The position numbers and the translations under genes were made by a program. From assembly GCA_018302705.1 (NCBI GenBank), contig JAGVZI010000012.1, forward strand, positions 332-64,331: a DNA stretch of 64,000 nt, given 5' to 3'. How positions within the stretch are numbered: position 1 is the stretch's first letter; the number at the start of each line of letters is the position of its first letter. The notes below the pieces were generated by a model that was given only the letters and a program-made list of their open reading frames with translations, ran no database searches and was not told the origin of the DNA. Origin of the DNA: Candidatus Woesearchaeota archaeon. Its GTDB lineage: Archaea; Nanobdellota; Nanobdellia; SCGC-AAA011-G17; ARS1403. Shown here in pieces: positions 29,337-38,908 of this stretch.

Positions 29337-30119
29337 ATGAGAATTAAATTTAAAAAAGGAAAACAGAGATGGTTAATGGAAAAAGCAATTAAAAAAGCTG
29401 GTTCAGAAAGAAAACTTAAAAAGATATTAAAAATACCTAATCAAACTGTAAATCACTATAGAACTGAATATGTTAATATCTCCAAAAAAAGACTTGATTT
29501 GATTATTAATTTCTTAGGAATAAAGATTAATGATGTAGATAAATTAATAGAAAAAAAATTAGATGAAAACTGGGGAAGACATAAAGGAGGTAGAGATCTT
29601 ATCCAAAAACATAAATCAAAAGGAACATATGAGATATATATTAAACATTTACAAAAAAGAGGGAAAATAATCTTTACCCAAATGCACAAAAACATGAAGA
29701 AAAAAGACCCGGAAAATTACTATAGAATACAATATGAAAAATTCAAAAAAGTAGGTCGATATAAATTTATCACAAAAAGAGGCGAGAAGGTTAGAAATAA
29801 ACTTGAAAAAGATACAGCAGATTTACTAAACTTTTTGAAATTAAAATACTCTTATGAGCCCTACATTGTTGCAAACAAAAGAGTTTATTTTCCTGATTTT
29901 AAGGTTGGGAAATTAATCTTAGAATGTACTGCATGGAGGGGATATTTAAAAGTTAGAAAATTAAAAAGAAAATTAAAAGATTTTGAAAAAGAGGGATTTA
30001 ATGTTAGATTTATAATTCCAGAAGATATAAAAAAGTTTTATAAACCGTTTGAAGATAAGATAATTACAGGTTTAAAAGAAGCCTCAGTAGCTCAGACTAT
30101 CCGAGGATTATCTCGATAG
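29337..30119 (+). CDS. HTH-containing protein with a C-terminal nuclease-like domain; its last ~13 codons overlap tRNA-Thr and are probably read-through
   Basis: ERKLKKILKIPNQTVNHYR helix-turn-helix; C-terminal YFPDFKVGKLILECTAW block; the ORF runs into the tRNA acceptor stem at 30081. Confidence 0.4.
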   Translation: MRIKFKKGKQRWLMEKAIKKAGSERKLKKILKIPNQTVNHYRTEYVNISKKRLDLIINFLGIKINDVDKLIEKKLDENWGRHKGGRDLIQKHKSKGTYEIYIKHLQKRGKIIFTQMHKNMKKKDPENYYRIQYEKFKKVGRYKFITKRGEKVRNKLEKDTADLLNFLKLKYSYEPYIVANKRVYFPDFKVGKLILECTAWRGYLKVRKLKRKLKDFEKEGFNVRFIIPEDIKKFYKPFEDKIITGLKEASVAQTIRGLSR

Positions 30120-30182
30120 GAGAGATGGTAGAGCAATTGCCTTGTAAGCAATAGGCCGGGGGTTCAAATCCCTCCTGAGGCT
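30081..30182 (+). tRNA. tRNA-Thr (anticodon UGU), 102 nt, with an apparent ~30-nt intron inside the D-loop
   Basis: Acceptor GCCTCAG/CTGAGGC, D-stem GCTC...GAGC with loop AG[ACTATCCGAGGATTATCTCGATAGGAGAGA]TGGTA, anticodon arm ATTGC-CTTGTAA-GCAAT, T-arm GGGGG-TTCAAAT-CCCTC; the inserted segment forms a hairpin CTATCCGAG/CTCGATAG. Confidence 0.6.
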
Positions 30183-30396
30183 TTATATAATGGATGTTCT
30201 TCAATAATCTTGTCAAAATATCTGCATCTCTTGCAGGCTCAACATTTCTAAAAGTCCTATAATCCTTAAAAATGAAGAAAAGTGATTTCATCATAAAACT
30301 TTTTTCAAAAATACAATTTAAATTATTTTATATTCTCAAGTTACATCATAAATCCTTCCAAAATCTTTTTATAACTGCCTATTTTAGAGATAATAA

Positions 30397-31110
30397 ATGA
30401 ATAACAAAACAACATTAGTAATTTTAGTTAGAGACGAGCTGGAGGCAATAAAGCAGCTCATTCCAAAAATATCGCTTAATTCTGTCGATGATGTAATTAT
30501 AATGGACGGCCAGTCAAAGGATGGAACAAGAGAGTTTTTACAAGAAAAAGGCTTCAAGGTTTTTACACAAAAAAAGCTAGGGAGGGGGAATGCTTTTTTA
30601 GAGTCTTTGGAGTATACTAGCAATGAAAATTTAATCTTCTTTTCAGGTGATGGGAATGAAAACTCAGAAGATATCCCTAAGATGAATCAATATTTGAAAG
30701 AGGGATATGATCTTGTAATTGGGGGGAGGTTTATTCTTGGTGGTTCAAAGAGCGATGATTCAGACGATCCTTTAAAAATAAGAAGATACGGAAATATAGC
30801 ATTCAGCAAAATAGTTGATACCATCTGGGGTAGCAATGTGAAAGACAGCATTAATGGATTTAGAGGGATGAAAAGAACCGCAATGGAAAGGATGAAATTG
30901 GATGCGCCAAAGCATGAAATTGAACTGCAAAGCACAATAAGGGCAGCAAAATTAAAATTAAAAATCAAGGAATTCCCAACAGCAGAGCAGGAAAGGCTTG
31001 GAGGGATAAGGAAAAACACTGCAGGAACTTCAATTTTAGCATACAGATTGAGCTTGTTTTTAATCAAAGAAATATTAATAGGGAAAAAATTTGCTGATGA
31101 AAAATCCTAA
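30397..31110 (+). CDS. Glycosyltransferase family 2 (small, soluble)
   Basis: LVILVRDELEAI...VIIMDGQSKDGT...GDGNENSEDI. Confidence 0.65.
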   Translation: MNNKTTLVILVRDELEAIKQLIPKISLNSVDDVIIMDGQSKDGTREFLQEKGFKVFTQKKLGRGNAFLESLEYTSNENLIFFSGDGNENSEDIPKMNQYLKEGYDLVIGGRFILGGSKSDDSDDPLKIRRYGNIAFSKIVDTIWGSNVKDSINGFRGMKRTAMERMKLDAPKHEIELQSTIRAAKLKLKIKEFPTAEQERLGGIRKNTAGTSILAYRLSLFLIKEILIGKKFADEKS

Positions 31111-31686
31111 AATCTTAGTCGGATGCCCAACCTCATTCCACAAAGAATACTGCTTGAAAGAATATGCTGAGGCAATTAATAAATTAACATATAAAAATCA
31201 CGATGTCCTTTTAGTAGACAATTCTCCAGAAGGGGATTATTCTGTAAAAATTAATGGGTTAGGTATGCCGACGGTAAAAGGCCCATATTTTGAGTCGGCA
31301 AGAGACCAAAAGATATAATAGAAAGGTTGTTGCAGCACAAGAAAGAAGTAATTACAGCAGTTTATTTTATGCCTCGAGGGAATACCCTAATACCCCTCTT
31401 GGCTATTAATGAAGGAAAAGAGAAATATGGCTATATCCCTTTTGAATACGTGGATAAGAGCAAGCATCTTATTCATGTGAATTATGCTGGCTTAGGAGTA
31501 ATATTAATCTCAAAAAAAGTTTTGGAAAAAATAAAGTTTAGGTTTGATGAAAAACCGGGCTTTGATGATTGGTTTTTTTGTAAGGATGCAGAAAGAGAAG
31601 GCTTTAAAATTTATGCTGATTTAGGGATAAAATGCAAGCACTTAATCAAAAACAGACCTTGGGATTGGAGTCAAATAAGACTATGA
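31091..31686 (+). pseudogene. GT-A-like paralog remnant with an internal deletion/frameshift; its 5' ~190 bp are nearly identical to 24470-24665
   Basis: KILVGCPTSFHKEYCLKEYAEAINKLTYKNHDVLLVDNSPEGDYSVKINGLGMPTVKGPYFESARD is the same as at 24464, then jumps to PKDIIERLLQHKKEV in another frame (ORFs 31091-31318 and 31327-31686). Confidence 0.55.
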
Positions 31687-32405
31687 TGCCTAAGGTTTTA
31701 GTAGGCAGCCCAGTATCTGACTTGTATGATTATTGCTTTGGGGAATTCGCAGACTCAAGAAAGTCTCTTACATACCCTAATTATGACCTATTTTTCATAG
31801 ATAACTCAAAACTAGAATCTTTCTCTAAGAAATTAAAGGATAATAACCTTCCTTTTACAAGAATAAAGTATTTGGAGAATGCTAGGGAAAGGATGGTAAG
31901 GAGCAGGAATCTATTAAGAGAGAAGACATTAAAAGAAGGATATGACTATTTTTTAAATCTAGATCAGGATATTATCCCTCCAAAAGATATAATAGAGAGG
32001 ATGCTTAAACACAATAAAACTATCCTTACCGGGGTTTATTTCGTCTATAACAGCCAATATTCAAACCAGCAAGCCAGCTACCTAATTCCTACCTTATGGG
32101 TTTCAGATATTGATTTTTCAAAAGCCAGTTTAGATGGGGCAAGTGTCAGATTAATGCACCCAAGAGAGTTAGAGGATAATAATGTTGTTAGAGTAGTATC
32201 TTGTGGCTCTGGCTGTCTTTTGATTCATAAATCAGCCTTGGAAAAAATAGAATTCCGCTATGATCCATTTTTTCCTTACTTTGACGACAATTGGTTCTGC
32301 AGGGATGCTTTTTACAATGGCTTTGACATCTTTGCTGATACATCAATAAAATGCAGGCATTTAATAAAGGAAAAGCCATGGAAATGGACAGAGCTAAAGA
32401 AGTAG
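31683..32405 (+). CDS. GT-A-fold glycosyltransferase-like protein (paralog family, copy 5; start at MMPKVLVG)
   Basis: KVLVGSPVSDLYDYCFGEF, FFIDNSK, LDQDIIPP, GSGCLLIHKSALEKIEFRY, FADTSIKCRHLIKEKPWKW. Confidence 0.6.
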   Translation: MMPKVLVGSPVSDLYDYCFGEFADSRKSLTYPNYDLFFIDNSKLESFSKKLKDNNLPFTRIKYLENARERMVRSRNLLREKTLKEGYDYFLNLDQDIIPPKDIIERMLKHNKTILTGVYFVYNSQYSNQQASYLIPTLWVSDIDFSKASLDGASVRLMHPRELEDNNVVRVVSCGSGCLLIHKSALEKIEFRYDPFFPYFDDNWFCRDAFYNGFDIFADTSIKCRHLIKEKPWKWTELKK

Positions 32406-32444
32406 CCAAAAGCTTTTTATTGGCATTTTATCTTAAAATCCTAA

Positions 32445-32517
32445 GGGTCCGTGGTCTAGTGGCTATGACGTCTCCTTGACGTGGAGGAATTCGGCAGTTC
32501 GAATCTGCCCGGACCCA
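32445..32517 (+). tRNA. tRNA-Val (anticodon GAC), intronless
   Basis: Acceptor GGGTCCG/CGGACCC, anticodon arm TCTCC-TTGACGT-GGAGG, T-arm GGCAG-TTCGAAT-CTGCC, discriminator A. Confidence 0.85.
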
Positions 32518-32617
32518 ATCATTTAGCCAATAAATAGCCAATAAATTGCTCTTAACTGGGTTTAAGGATATCTATGAGCTGTTTATAAAGCCCCTTAGCT
32601 ATTAGGCTCACCACAAG

Positions 32618-32630
32618 CTATATAAATAAA
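32618..32630 (+). promoter_or_regulatory. TATA-box-like element upstream of the S-layer gene, with SD GGAGGTG at 32683-32689
   Basis: ctatataaataaa about 65 nt upstream of ATG 32697, and GGAGGTG 7 nt upstream of the ATG. Confidence 0.4.
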
Positions 32631-32696
32631 CCAAGTCTTTAAACTCCCAATGAATAATACTCCCAAATTAATGGGACACATGGAGGTGTGTATTTA

Positions 32697-34955
32697 ATGA
32701 GAACTAAAAGAGTGTTGAGAAAAATAGCCGCTCTTTCTACCGGTGCAGCAATGCTTTCTGGGTCAATAACAGGGGCACTAGCACTGAGTTATACCTTAGC
32801 TGATTACCCAGCGCCATTTATTACAAATGGGGTGTTTTCTGGTGTTATAGCTGTAGGTCAAAATGCGGCAGCATCTGATACAATAGGTCAGGCTGTTTTA
32901 TTAGCTGATCTGCAAACAAAGGCTGTTTCTCCAGCAGGTGGAACAACAGTTACAGTAGCTGGAGGCATTTCTGAGGATATTCCACTTGGAGCGAATATTT
33001 CAGACTCGAATTCATATACAATGGATATTGAGTTAGCAGATGATGATATAGACAACTTGTTAGATGGAACAATCTCTTTTCAAGGCGCAGAATACGATGT
33101 AGAAGAGTTTATAGAAATAAATCAAGCAGGTAATGCTGTTTCAGCTGAAACTTCATTGACAAGTGCTGAAGATGATTATCAGACAGATGTTGTCTTGGAA
33201 GTAGCTAGAGATTCCATAAAATATTATTATGCATTCTCTGAGTCTATCCAAGTAAACATAACAACAAGCTCTGACCCATTAAACATAAAATTCTTGGGCA
33301 AGACTTTAAAGATTACAGACATTGACGACAACACTGAAGGCAAGTTTACAGCTTATGTGGGCTCAGAATACTTTCTGGATTCAGGAGACTCAGTAGTTGC
33401 AAGTGGAAAAACTGTAAAGTTAGTTAGAGTAGGCTCTGCAGGAGCCATAGTAGTAGATGTAGACGGAGTAACTGAGACACTTTCATCTAGTACGACTAAA
33501 ACAATAAATGGTATTGAGATTGTAAATGATGAAACATTCTACGACAGTAATAATCAGGCTGCATCATCCGCCAGTTTAATTATTGGTAAGGATGCCCAAG
33601 AAACCTACAAAGATGGGGATGCATTTGCTGGAGAGGACAAAGATAATCCAGATTGGGTATGGAATGTATCAAACATAAAAGAATCCACACTATCTACAAC
33701 AGCATCCACAACAGCAGAATTTACAGGTCCATTTTTTGGTATAGAAAATGATTTCATCTACAATGATGATTCAGACAACCCTCCAAAAGTAGGAGAATGT
33801 ATAGACCTGCCCAATAACTATGTAAGTATTTGCTTAGATAGCTTTACAGTATCAGACGACAATTATGCAACTTATACCTTAGAGTATGAAAGCTCAGCAG
33901 ATCTAAGTCAGGCAGTAGGAACATTATCAGCTGCTAAAAGCGTTCAGATTAGTACACCACAGTCTGAAGGCATAGTTATTAAGGGAAGTAATTTAGGTAG
34001 ATTTAATGGCACAGCAAAAGACATTAAAACAAACAAGGTTTGGTTGTATGCAACATCTGGTACAGGAAACTCTGTAAATCTTGGAGCAAATGGCTCAGAT
34101 ATTGGGGTCTTTTATAGGGATGTAGATGACAGTAAAGTCAAATTGGCTGGACAGATCATCAATGAAACATTAGGAGCAGGTTTAGCCAGGCCTTTGGAGA
34201 TAAACTATGACAATACAAAGGACACAGATATGCAGATATTCGTAGACCATACTTCGACAGATGTAGGCGAGCGAGTAAATGTAACGTTTGTACCCTATCA
34301 TAGTACAGATCTACCAGACTACAACGATAACATAACCGTAGATTGGGCATTAAGTAGTGGAACCTTTAATTCATTAGGAACAACTGCCTCATCAGAGGAA
34401 GCCATAGAATTGCTATGGACAGGAGCAGGAGCAGCAGCTGCACCAACTACAATAGGTACAAAAGATGAAGACCACAGAACAAGATATGGTATCATCATAA
34501 GAGATCCAAAAGCACACGGTAGTAGTGATGAAGTTGTATTGGACATTCCAGGAGATCAAGTGCAGGCAAATGTAGTCCTCAAAGGTACATCGACTAAAAC
34601 AACATCAACTGGTGGCTCTGTAGTAGTAAATCCAATTCCAAGTAGTGCAGCCGCTTTTTCAGAAGAAATTACAAGCGCAAGTGCCCAAAACTTGATCGTA
34701 GTAGGTGGTCCAGCAGTAAATCCATTGGCAAATAGCGTGTTTGGCTTGACAAGAAGCGACTTTACACCAAATGAAGCCATGGTTAAATTAGCTGACAATG
34801 GTGCAAATGTAGCATTGTTAGTGGCGGGTTATGAAGCTGTAGATACAAGAAATGCAGCTTTAGCAGTAGCCGCTGGCAAATTAGCTGGGTTGAGCAAGGC
34901 AGAAGCTAAAGTAGTTTCAACAACGCAAACAGTTGGAAGCTACACAGTAGAATAA
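32697..34955 (+). CDS. S-layer protein, Methanococcales type (S_layer_N/S_layer_C-like)
   Basis: Signal peptide MRTKRVLRKIAALSTGAAMLSGSITGALA; C-terminal NLIVVGGPAVNPLANSVFG...ALLVAGYEAVDTRNAALAVAAGKLAG block; Thr/Ser-rich with several N-x-S/T sequons. The listed start 32688 is GTG; ATG 32697 has a better SD. Confidence 0.75.
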   Translation: MRTKRVLRKIAALSTGAAMLSGSITGALALSYTLADYPAPFITNGVFSGVIAVGQNAAASDTIGQAVLLADLQTKAVSPAGGTTVTVAGGISEDIPLGANISDSNSYTMDIELADDDIDNLLDGTISFQGAEYDVEEFIEINQAGNAVSAETSLTSAEDDYQTDVVLEVARDSIKYYYAFSESIQVNITTSSDPLNIKFLGKTLKITDIDDNTEGKFTAYVGSEYFLDSGDSVVASGKTVKLVRVGSAGAIVVDVDGVTETLSSSTTKTINGIEIVNDETFYDSNNQAASSASLIIGKDAQETYKDGDAFAGEDKDNPDWVWNVSNIKESTLSTTASTTAEFTGPFFGIENDFIYNDDSDNPPKVGECIDLPNNYVSICLDSFTVSDDNYATYTLEYESSADLSQAVGTLSAAKSVQISTPQSEGIVIKGSNLGRFNGTAKDIKTNKVWLYATSGTGNSVNLGANGSDIGVFYRDVDDSKVKLAGQIINETLGAGLARPLEINYDNTKDTDMQIFVDHTSTDVGERVNVTFVPYHSTDLPDYNDNITVDWALSSGTFNSLGTTASSEEAIELLWTGAGAAAAPTTIGTKDEDHRTRYGIIIRDPKAHGSSDEVVLDIPGDQVQANVVLKGTSTKTTSTGGSVVVNPIPSSAAAFSEEITSASAQNLIVVGGPAVNPLANSVFGLTRSDFTPNEAMVKLADNGANVALLVAGYEAVDTRNAALAVAAGKLAGLSKAEAKVVSTTQTVGSYTVE

Positions 34956-34990
34956 AAAGGTTAAAACCTTTTTTTCTTTTTTCTTTTCGA
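34955..34990 (+). terminator. Hairpin plus oligo-T tract after the S-layer gene
   Basis: AAAAGGTT/AACCTTTT stem followed by TTTTTTTCTTTTTTCTTTT. Confidence 0.45.
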
Positions 34991-35025
34991 TTAAATTTTT
35001 AAACTAGGTTTTTTATCTATCCATA

Positions 35026-35820
35026 ATGAATCATCCTAGAGTTCTGGTAGGCTGTCCAGTATCCGAGTATCATAGCTATTGTACAAAGGATTATCTTTCT
35101 GCAATAACACATCTTACATATTCTAATTACAATGTCCTTCTAGTAGATAACTCAAAGACAAGCAGCTTTTTTAAGTTTCTAGAGAAACAAGGAATTAATG
35201 TAATAAAATCTAGGTACGACGAAAACCCGCGCGAAAGAATTATTAATTCAAGAAACTTATTAAGGCAGCATGCATTAGATAATAACTATGACTATTTGTT
35301 CTCATTAGAGCAGGATATTATCCCCCCAAAAGATGTTCTAGAAATCTTAACCTCGCATAAAAAAGATGTAATAAGCGGGGTTTACTGTGGCAACATTAAA
35401 GTAGGGGGTAAGTTAAGAATCCTTCCGCTAGTCTACAAATTCCCCCCAGAATCAAGGCTAGAAGAGGCAAAGCAAGTCATTAATGCCTCAAATCTAAAAG
35501 AATTAAAAGAAGAAACTGGCTCTTCATATCTGGAAATGGTTAAAGCATATTACACAATTGAGGAGCTGGAGAAAGAAAGCTCTCCAACCCTTGTGCATTC
35601 CTGCGGTTTAGGTTGTGTTCTTATAAGCAGAGCAGTACTAGAAAAAGTAACATTCAGATACTCAGAGAAATACGGTGGATGGGATGATGTCTGGTTTTGC
35701 GAGGATACTAAAAAATTGGGGTTCAAAATCTACATAGATCCAAAGATAAAATGCAGGCATTTAATCAAAAACAGACCTTGGAGTTGGAAGAGTCTTCTAA
35801 AATCGCAAAATCATAAGTAG
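35026..35820 (+). CDS. GT-A-fold glycosyltransferase-like protein (paralog family, copy 6)
   Basis: RVLVGCPVSEYHSYCTKDY, LLVDNSK, LEQDIIPP, SCGLGCVLISRAVLEKVTFRY, DDVWFCED, KIKCRHLIKNRPWSW. Confidence 0.6.
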   Translation: MNHPRVLVGCPVSEYHSYCTKDYLSAITHLTYSNYNVLLVDNSKTSSFFKFLEKQGINVIKSRYDENPRERIINSRNLLRQHALDNNYDYLFSLEQDIIPPKDVLEILTSHKKDVISGVYCGNIKVGGKLRILPLVYKFPPESRLEEAKQVINASNLKELKEETGSSYLEMVKAYYTIEELEKESSPTLVHSCGLGCVLISRAVLEKVTFRYSEKYGGWDDVWFCEDTKKLGFKIYIDPKIKCRHLIKNRPWSWKSLLKSQNHK

Positions 35821-35825
35821 CTTCT

Positions 35826-36389
35826 CTAGAAATAGGTTCCTTTAGTCTTACCCTTGTGAAGATAGTGCAACAAGATTATAGATAAAGAAAGAACTGCAAT
35901 TATGATAATGCCGGGTAAAAAATATTGAAAATAACCCTCATTTATCTTTTCATCAGCAACATTCCAGTCAGAAAGGTCTATATCCGCTTCAGGATCCCAA
36001 TCCTCAAGTCTTCTAAATAGCAGGTTTACCTTATCTTTCTCACTATCTATATTCAATAAATTAATGCTTAATTCTTTTCCACCTTTCTTATCAAAATCCA
36101 GCCTTAATTCATATTTCTTTGTGAGAAACAGATAGTCAGGAGTATGTAATCCCCTTTCTAAAAAAAGAAATAAATCCAATTCAATGCTATTATCTTTGAT
36201 TTCGTCGATAATTAATGTATTGTTATACCCCCCATATTCAAATAAAATCCTATCGCTCTTCTGCAGCCATAAATCATACCTATCGTTTGCATTGAAGTCT
36301 AATTCAAAAGTTTTCCCTTCATCTGCATAAGCCAAAGGCAGGAGCAGCAGATAAAATAGACAACCAAGGATCATCAGTCTTACATTCAT
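35826..36389 (-). CDS. Exported protein with a C-terminal TM anchor (hypothetical)
   Basis: Signal peptide MNVRLMILGCLFYLLLLPLAYA, C-terminal IIIAVLSLSIILLHYL plus a basic tail. Confidence 0.4.
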   Translation of the reverse strand: MNVRLMILGCLFYLLLLPLAYADEGKTFELDFNANDRYDLWLQKSDRILFEYGGYNNTLIIDEIKDNSIELDLFLFLERGLHTPDYLFLTKKYELRLDFDKKGGKELSINLLNIDSEKDKVNLLFRRLEDWDPEADIDLSDWNVADEKINEGYFQYFLPGIIIIAVLSLSIILLHYLHKGKTKGTYF

Positions 36390-36463
36390 GAGGAGGATAT
36401 AAAAAATCTCATTTATAAATTTTATCAGAATTAAAAATATATAATAAAAAAAGAAAAAGAAAT

Positions 36464-38908
36464 TTATTTCCTTTTATTCACATAATAGCCGATTGCTACG
36501 ATGGCAACAATAACTATCAGTGTCCACCATAACCATGCCAAGCTTCTTCCAGCGACTGGTGTAACTTCTCTTTCTTCACGAGTTTCACCAGTTTCTGTAG
36601 TCTCTCTAGCTCGCTCTTCTTCTGCTTTAATCTTTGCAGCTCCTTCCTCTAACTTAGTTACAGTTACATCAGCTACACCATTAGCAACACCATTCAATTG
36701 AACCTTCATATCCTCTGTACCATCAGCATTTACATCAACAGATTTGCTCTGGCCAGCATTTAACTTAACAGTTATTGGGTCTGATGCTATCATTAATGTA
36801 ACGCTATTTGCAGTCACTTCATTGAATGTTATTGTGTGCTTTGTAACTCCATCAAAGCTAAAACTCTTTACTCTTCCCTGGCTTGCCTTGAATGTAGCTT
36901 GTGGAGATGTAGTAAAGTCAACATCAAAGCTTACTACAGCAGCTCCTCCACCTGCTCCCCCACCACCCGCTCCAGCAGATGAAATACTTACACTAAAGTC
37001 ATTTGAACCTGTTGTTTGAGTTTCATATTCATTATCTACAAAGTCAAATACTTTACACTTAACACCATAAGATCCTGTTGTTCCTATATCTAATCCACTA
37101 AAAGTTTTTTTGTTTGTCCCGCTAGTACTGCTCTCCTTATCGTAGATTTTCTCCACTCCGCCTGGTTTTATTAATGTCCATTGATAAGCCTCTACTCCGC
37201 TAGCACCATCGCCTCCAGTACATGTATACTCTATAGTATCAGCAGTTGTTATTCCTCTTGTTGCAGGTACACCCAATGTAGCAGTTGGAACTGTTCCATC
37301 AACCGTAATCAAGAATGGCCCTTCATATGTAGTATAATTATTAGGCAAATTCCCAGACAGTTTATAATCGGCACTGGCATTACCTAAAACTATGTAGAAC
37401 TGGAGAGTATTCCCGTCACTAGCATTAGCATCTATGGAGTATTCATAAGTACTTCTGGTATTTGATTGTTCATTTACCTCAAATACTGTACTTAAATTTG
37501 AAGTATTTAAGTCATTCTCCCCATCAAAGTTTGTTATGTTTAAGAGATATCCATTATTAATATTCATTGCACCAGTTAAATTATAGTAGAAGGTAATAGG
37601 TGTATTATTTCCTGGCTTCGTTGCTCCCAAAACATCAAATCTTATAGTCCAGTTAGTTGCAGATAGATAATCACTGCTTCCATCTGTATCACTACCACCA
37701 TTCCTAATATTTCCTCTAGCATCTTCAATAGTTATATTTGGAATATAAGGCAAGGTATCATTTATTGAAATACTAAATGGTTGGGCCCCAGCATTGGAAT
37801 CATTAATAGTTATTTCATTATTAAATGAATCATTCATAAGTATCATAAATGATAATGTCCTATTTCCACTACCTGTTCCAAAGCTTGTAAAGTTAGTATT
37901 CAGATGAGCAGCTGAAATAGTCCATACATACTTGATAGCATGAGTATAACTAGCATCAGCGGCAATTGAACCTATTGGACCTTGAGTAACAATAGGCCTA
38001 TTAATTCTAGTATTGCTTGTTAATAATAATTCTCCTAATTCTTCATTAGTTCCATTTATGAGGAGCCATGCCATATCCCCATCAACACTGCTGCTTACAT
38101 CGCTCGAATCATTTGCAGGATTCTGCTCATAGAATGTTGCTGTCACAACTAGATTAGATTGGTTGCTCAAAAATGTCATAAAATCATCATGAATAGTTCC
38201 ATTAAATGTCCCATTCTCCCAAGTAGTATTTCCATCTGAAATATTCAACTCGACTAATGTTGGAGCCCTACCATCAATATAAGTTGTAAGAGTTGTAGTA
38301 TTATCAACAGTAGCCGCATCATTAGAGCTAACATTAATAATAAAGTTAGATCTGTCTTCTCTATTACTAATTGCAGTTACATTGAAACGGATAATAATAG
38401 AAGTATTCTCAAGATTTAATGAACCAATAGCACTCGCATTATAACAATTTATTTGTGTAGCGCTTAGATTTAAGCATGTCCAATCTCCTATAGCCCCATT
38501 TACGATAGTAACATTAGAGAAAGTCACATTTTCAGTAGCAGCAACATCGCAATCAGCAACTGTTCCAGTATCTGCCATGCATGCAAAGCCTGAAGATTCA
38601 TTACCCGCTTGAACATCACCAATGCTCATCCATCCGCTAAAGCTATAATTTGCATCCCAAGAAACAGTAATATTAGTTATATTATTTCCAGTACCATATG
38701 TAACAGTCACATTAGCAATCTCGCTATCTCCTCCTTTAGTAGTATTCTCATATTCAATGCCAGCATATTCCCCGCCATATACGCTAATATTAGCGGATCT
38801 CAAAAGATCACTAGGACTATCATCCGAATCAACTATAGCATTACTAACAACCAAACCAATAAGAAGAAGAAAACCAAATAAAATAGACACACCTACTTTT
38901 TTATCCAT
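36464..38908 (-). CDS. Large surface glycoprotein: extremely sequon-rich, Gly-rich linker, Thr/Glu-rich stalk, C-terminal TM helix with basic tail (start at MDKK)
   Basis: More than 50 N-x-S/T sequons (NISVYGG, NVTVTYGTGNNITNITVSW, NGTN...), AGAGGGGAGGGA, ...ETTETGETREEREVTPVAGRSLAWLWWTLIVIVAIVAIGYYVNKRK; SD GGGGTG 8 nt upstream. Confidence 0.7.
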   Translation of the reverse strand: MDKKVGVSILFGFLLLIGLVVSNAIVDSDDSPSDLLRSANISVYGGEYAGIEYENTTKGGDSEIANVTVTYGTGNNITNITVSWDANYSFSGWMSIGDVQAGNESSGFACMADTGTVADCDVAATENVTFSNVTIVNGAIGDWTCLNLSATQINCYNASAIGSLNLENTSIIIRFNVTAISNREDRSNFIINVSSNDAATVDNTTTLTTYIDGRAPTLVELNISDGNTTWENGTFNGTIHDDFMTFLSNQSNLVVTATFYEQNPANDSSDVSSSVDGDMAWLLINGTNEELGELLLTSNTRINRPIVTQGPIGSIAADASYTHAIKYVWTISAAHLNTNFTSFGTGSGNRTLSFMILMNDSFNNEITINDSNAGAQPFSISINDTLPYIPNITIEDARGNIRNGGSDTDGSSDYLSATNWTIRFDVLGATKPGNNTPITFYYNLTGAMNINNGYLLNITNFDGENDLNTSNLSTVFEVNEQSNTRSTYEYSIDANASDGNTLQFYIVLGNASADYKLSGNLPNNYTTYEGPFLITVDGTVPTATLGVPATRGITTADTIEYTCTGGDGASGVEAYQWTLIKPGGVEKIYDKESSTSGTNKKTFSGLDIGTTGSYGVKCKVFDFVDNEYETQTTGSNDFSVSISSAGAGGGGAGGGAAVVSFDVDFTTSPQATFKASQGRVKSFSFDGVTKHTITFNEVTANSVTLMIASDPITVKLNAGQSKSVDVNADGTEDMKVQLNGVANGVADVTVTKLEEGAAKIKAEEERARETTETGETREEREVTPVAGRSLAWLWWTLIVIVAIVAIGYYVNKRK

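Noticed and set aside
30081-30119. C-terminal 13 residues of ORF 29337-30119 (ASVAQTIRGLSR)
   Set aside because: These codons are the tRNA-Thr acceptor/D-stem sequence; probably incidental read-through to the first stop rather than real coding.
36501-38881. Plus-strand ORFs (36501-36701, 36744-37019, 37181-37387, 38609-38881) inside the glycoprotein gene
   Set aside because: Antisense to an 814-aa ORF with coherent signal peptide and TM architecture. The Pro/Ala-rich translation at 36744 is the complement of the Gly-rich linker.
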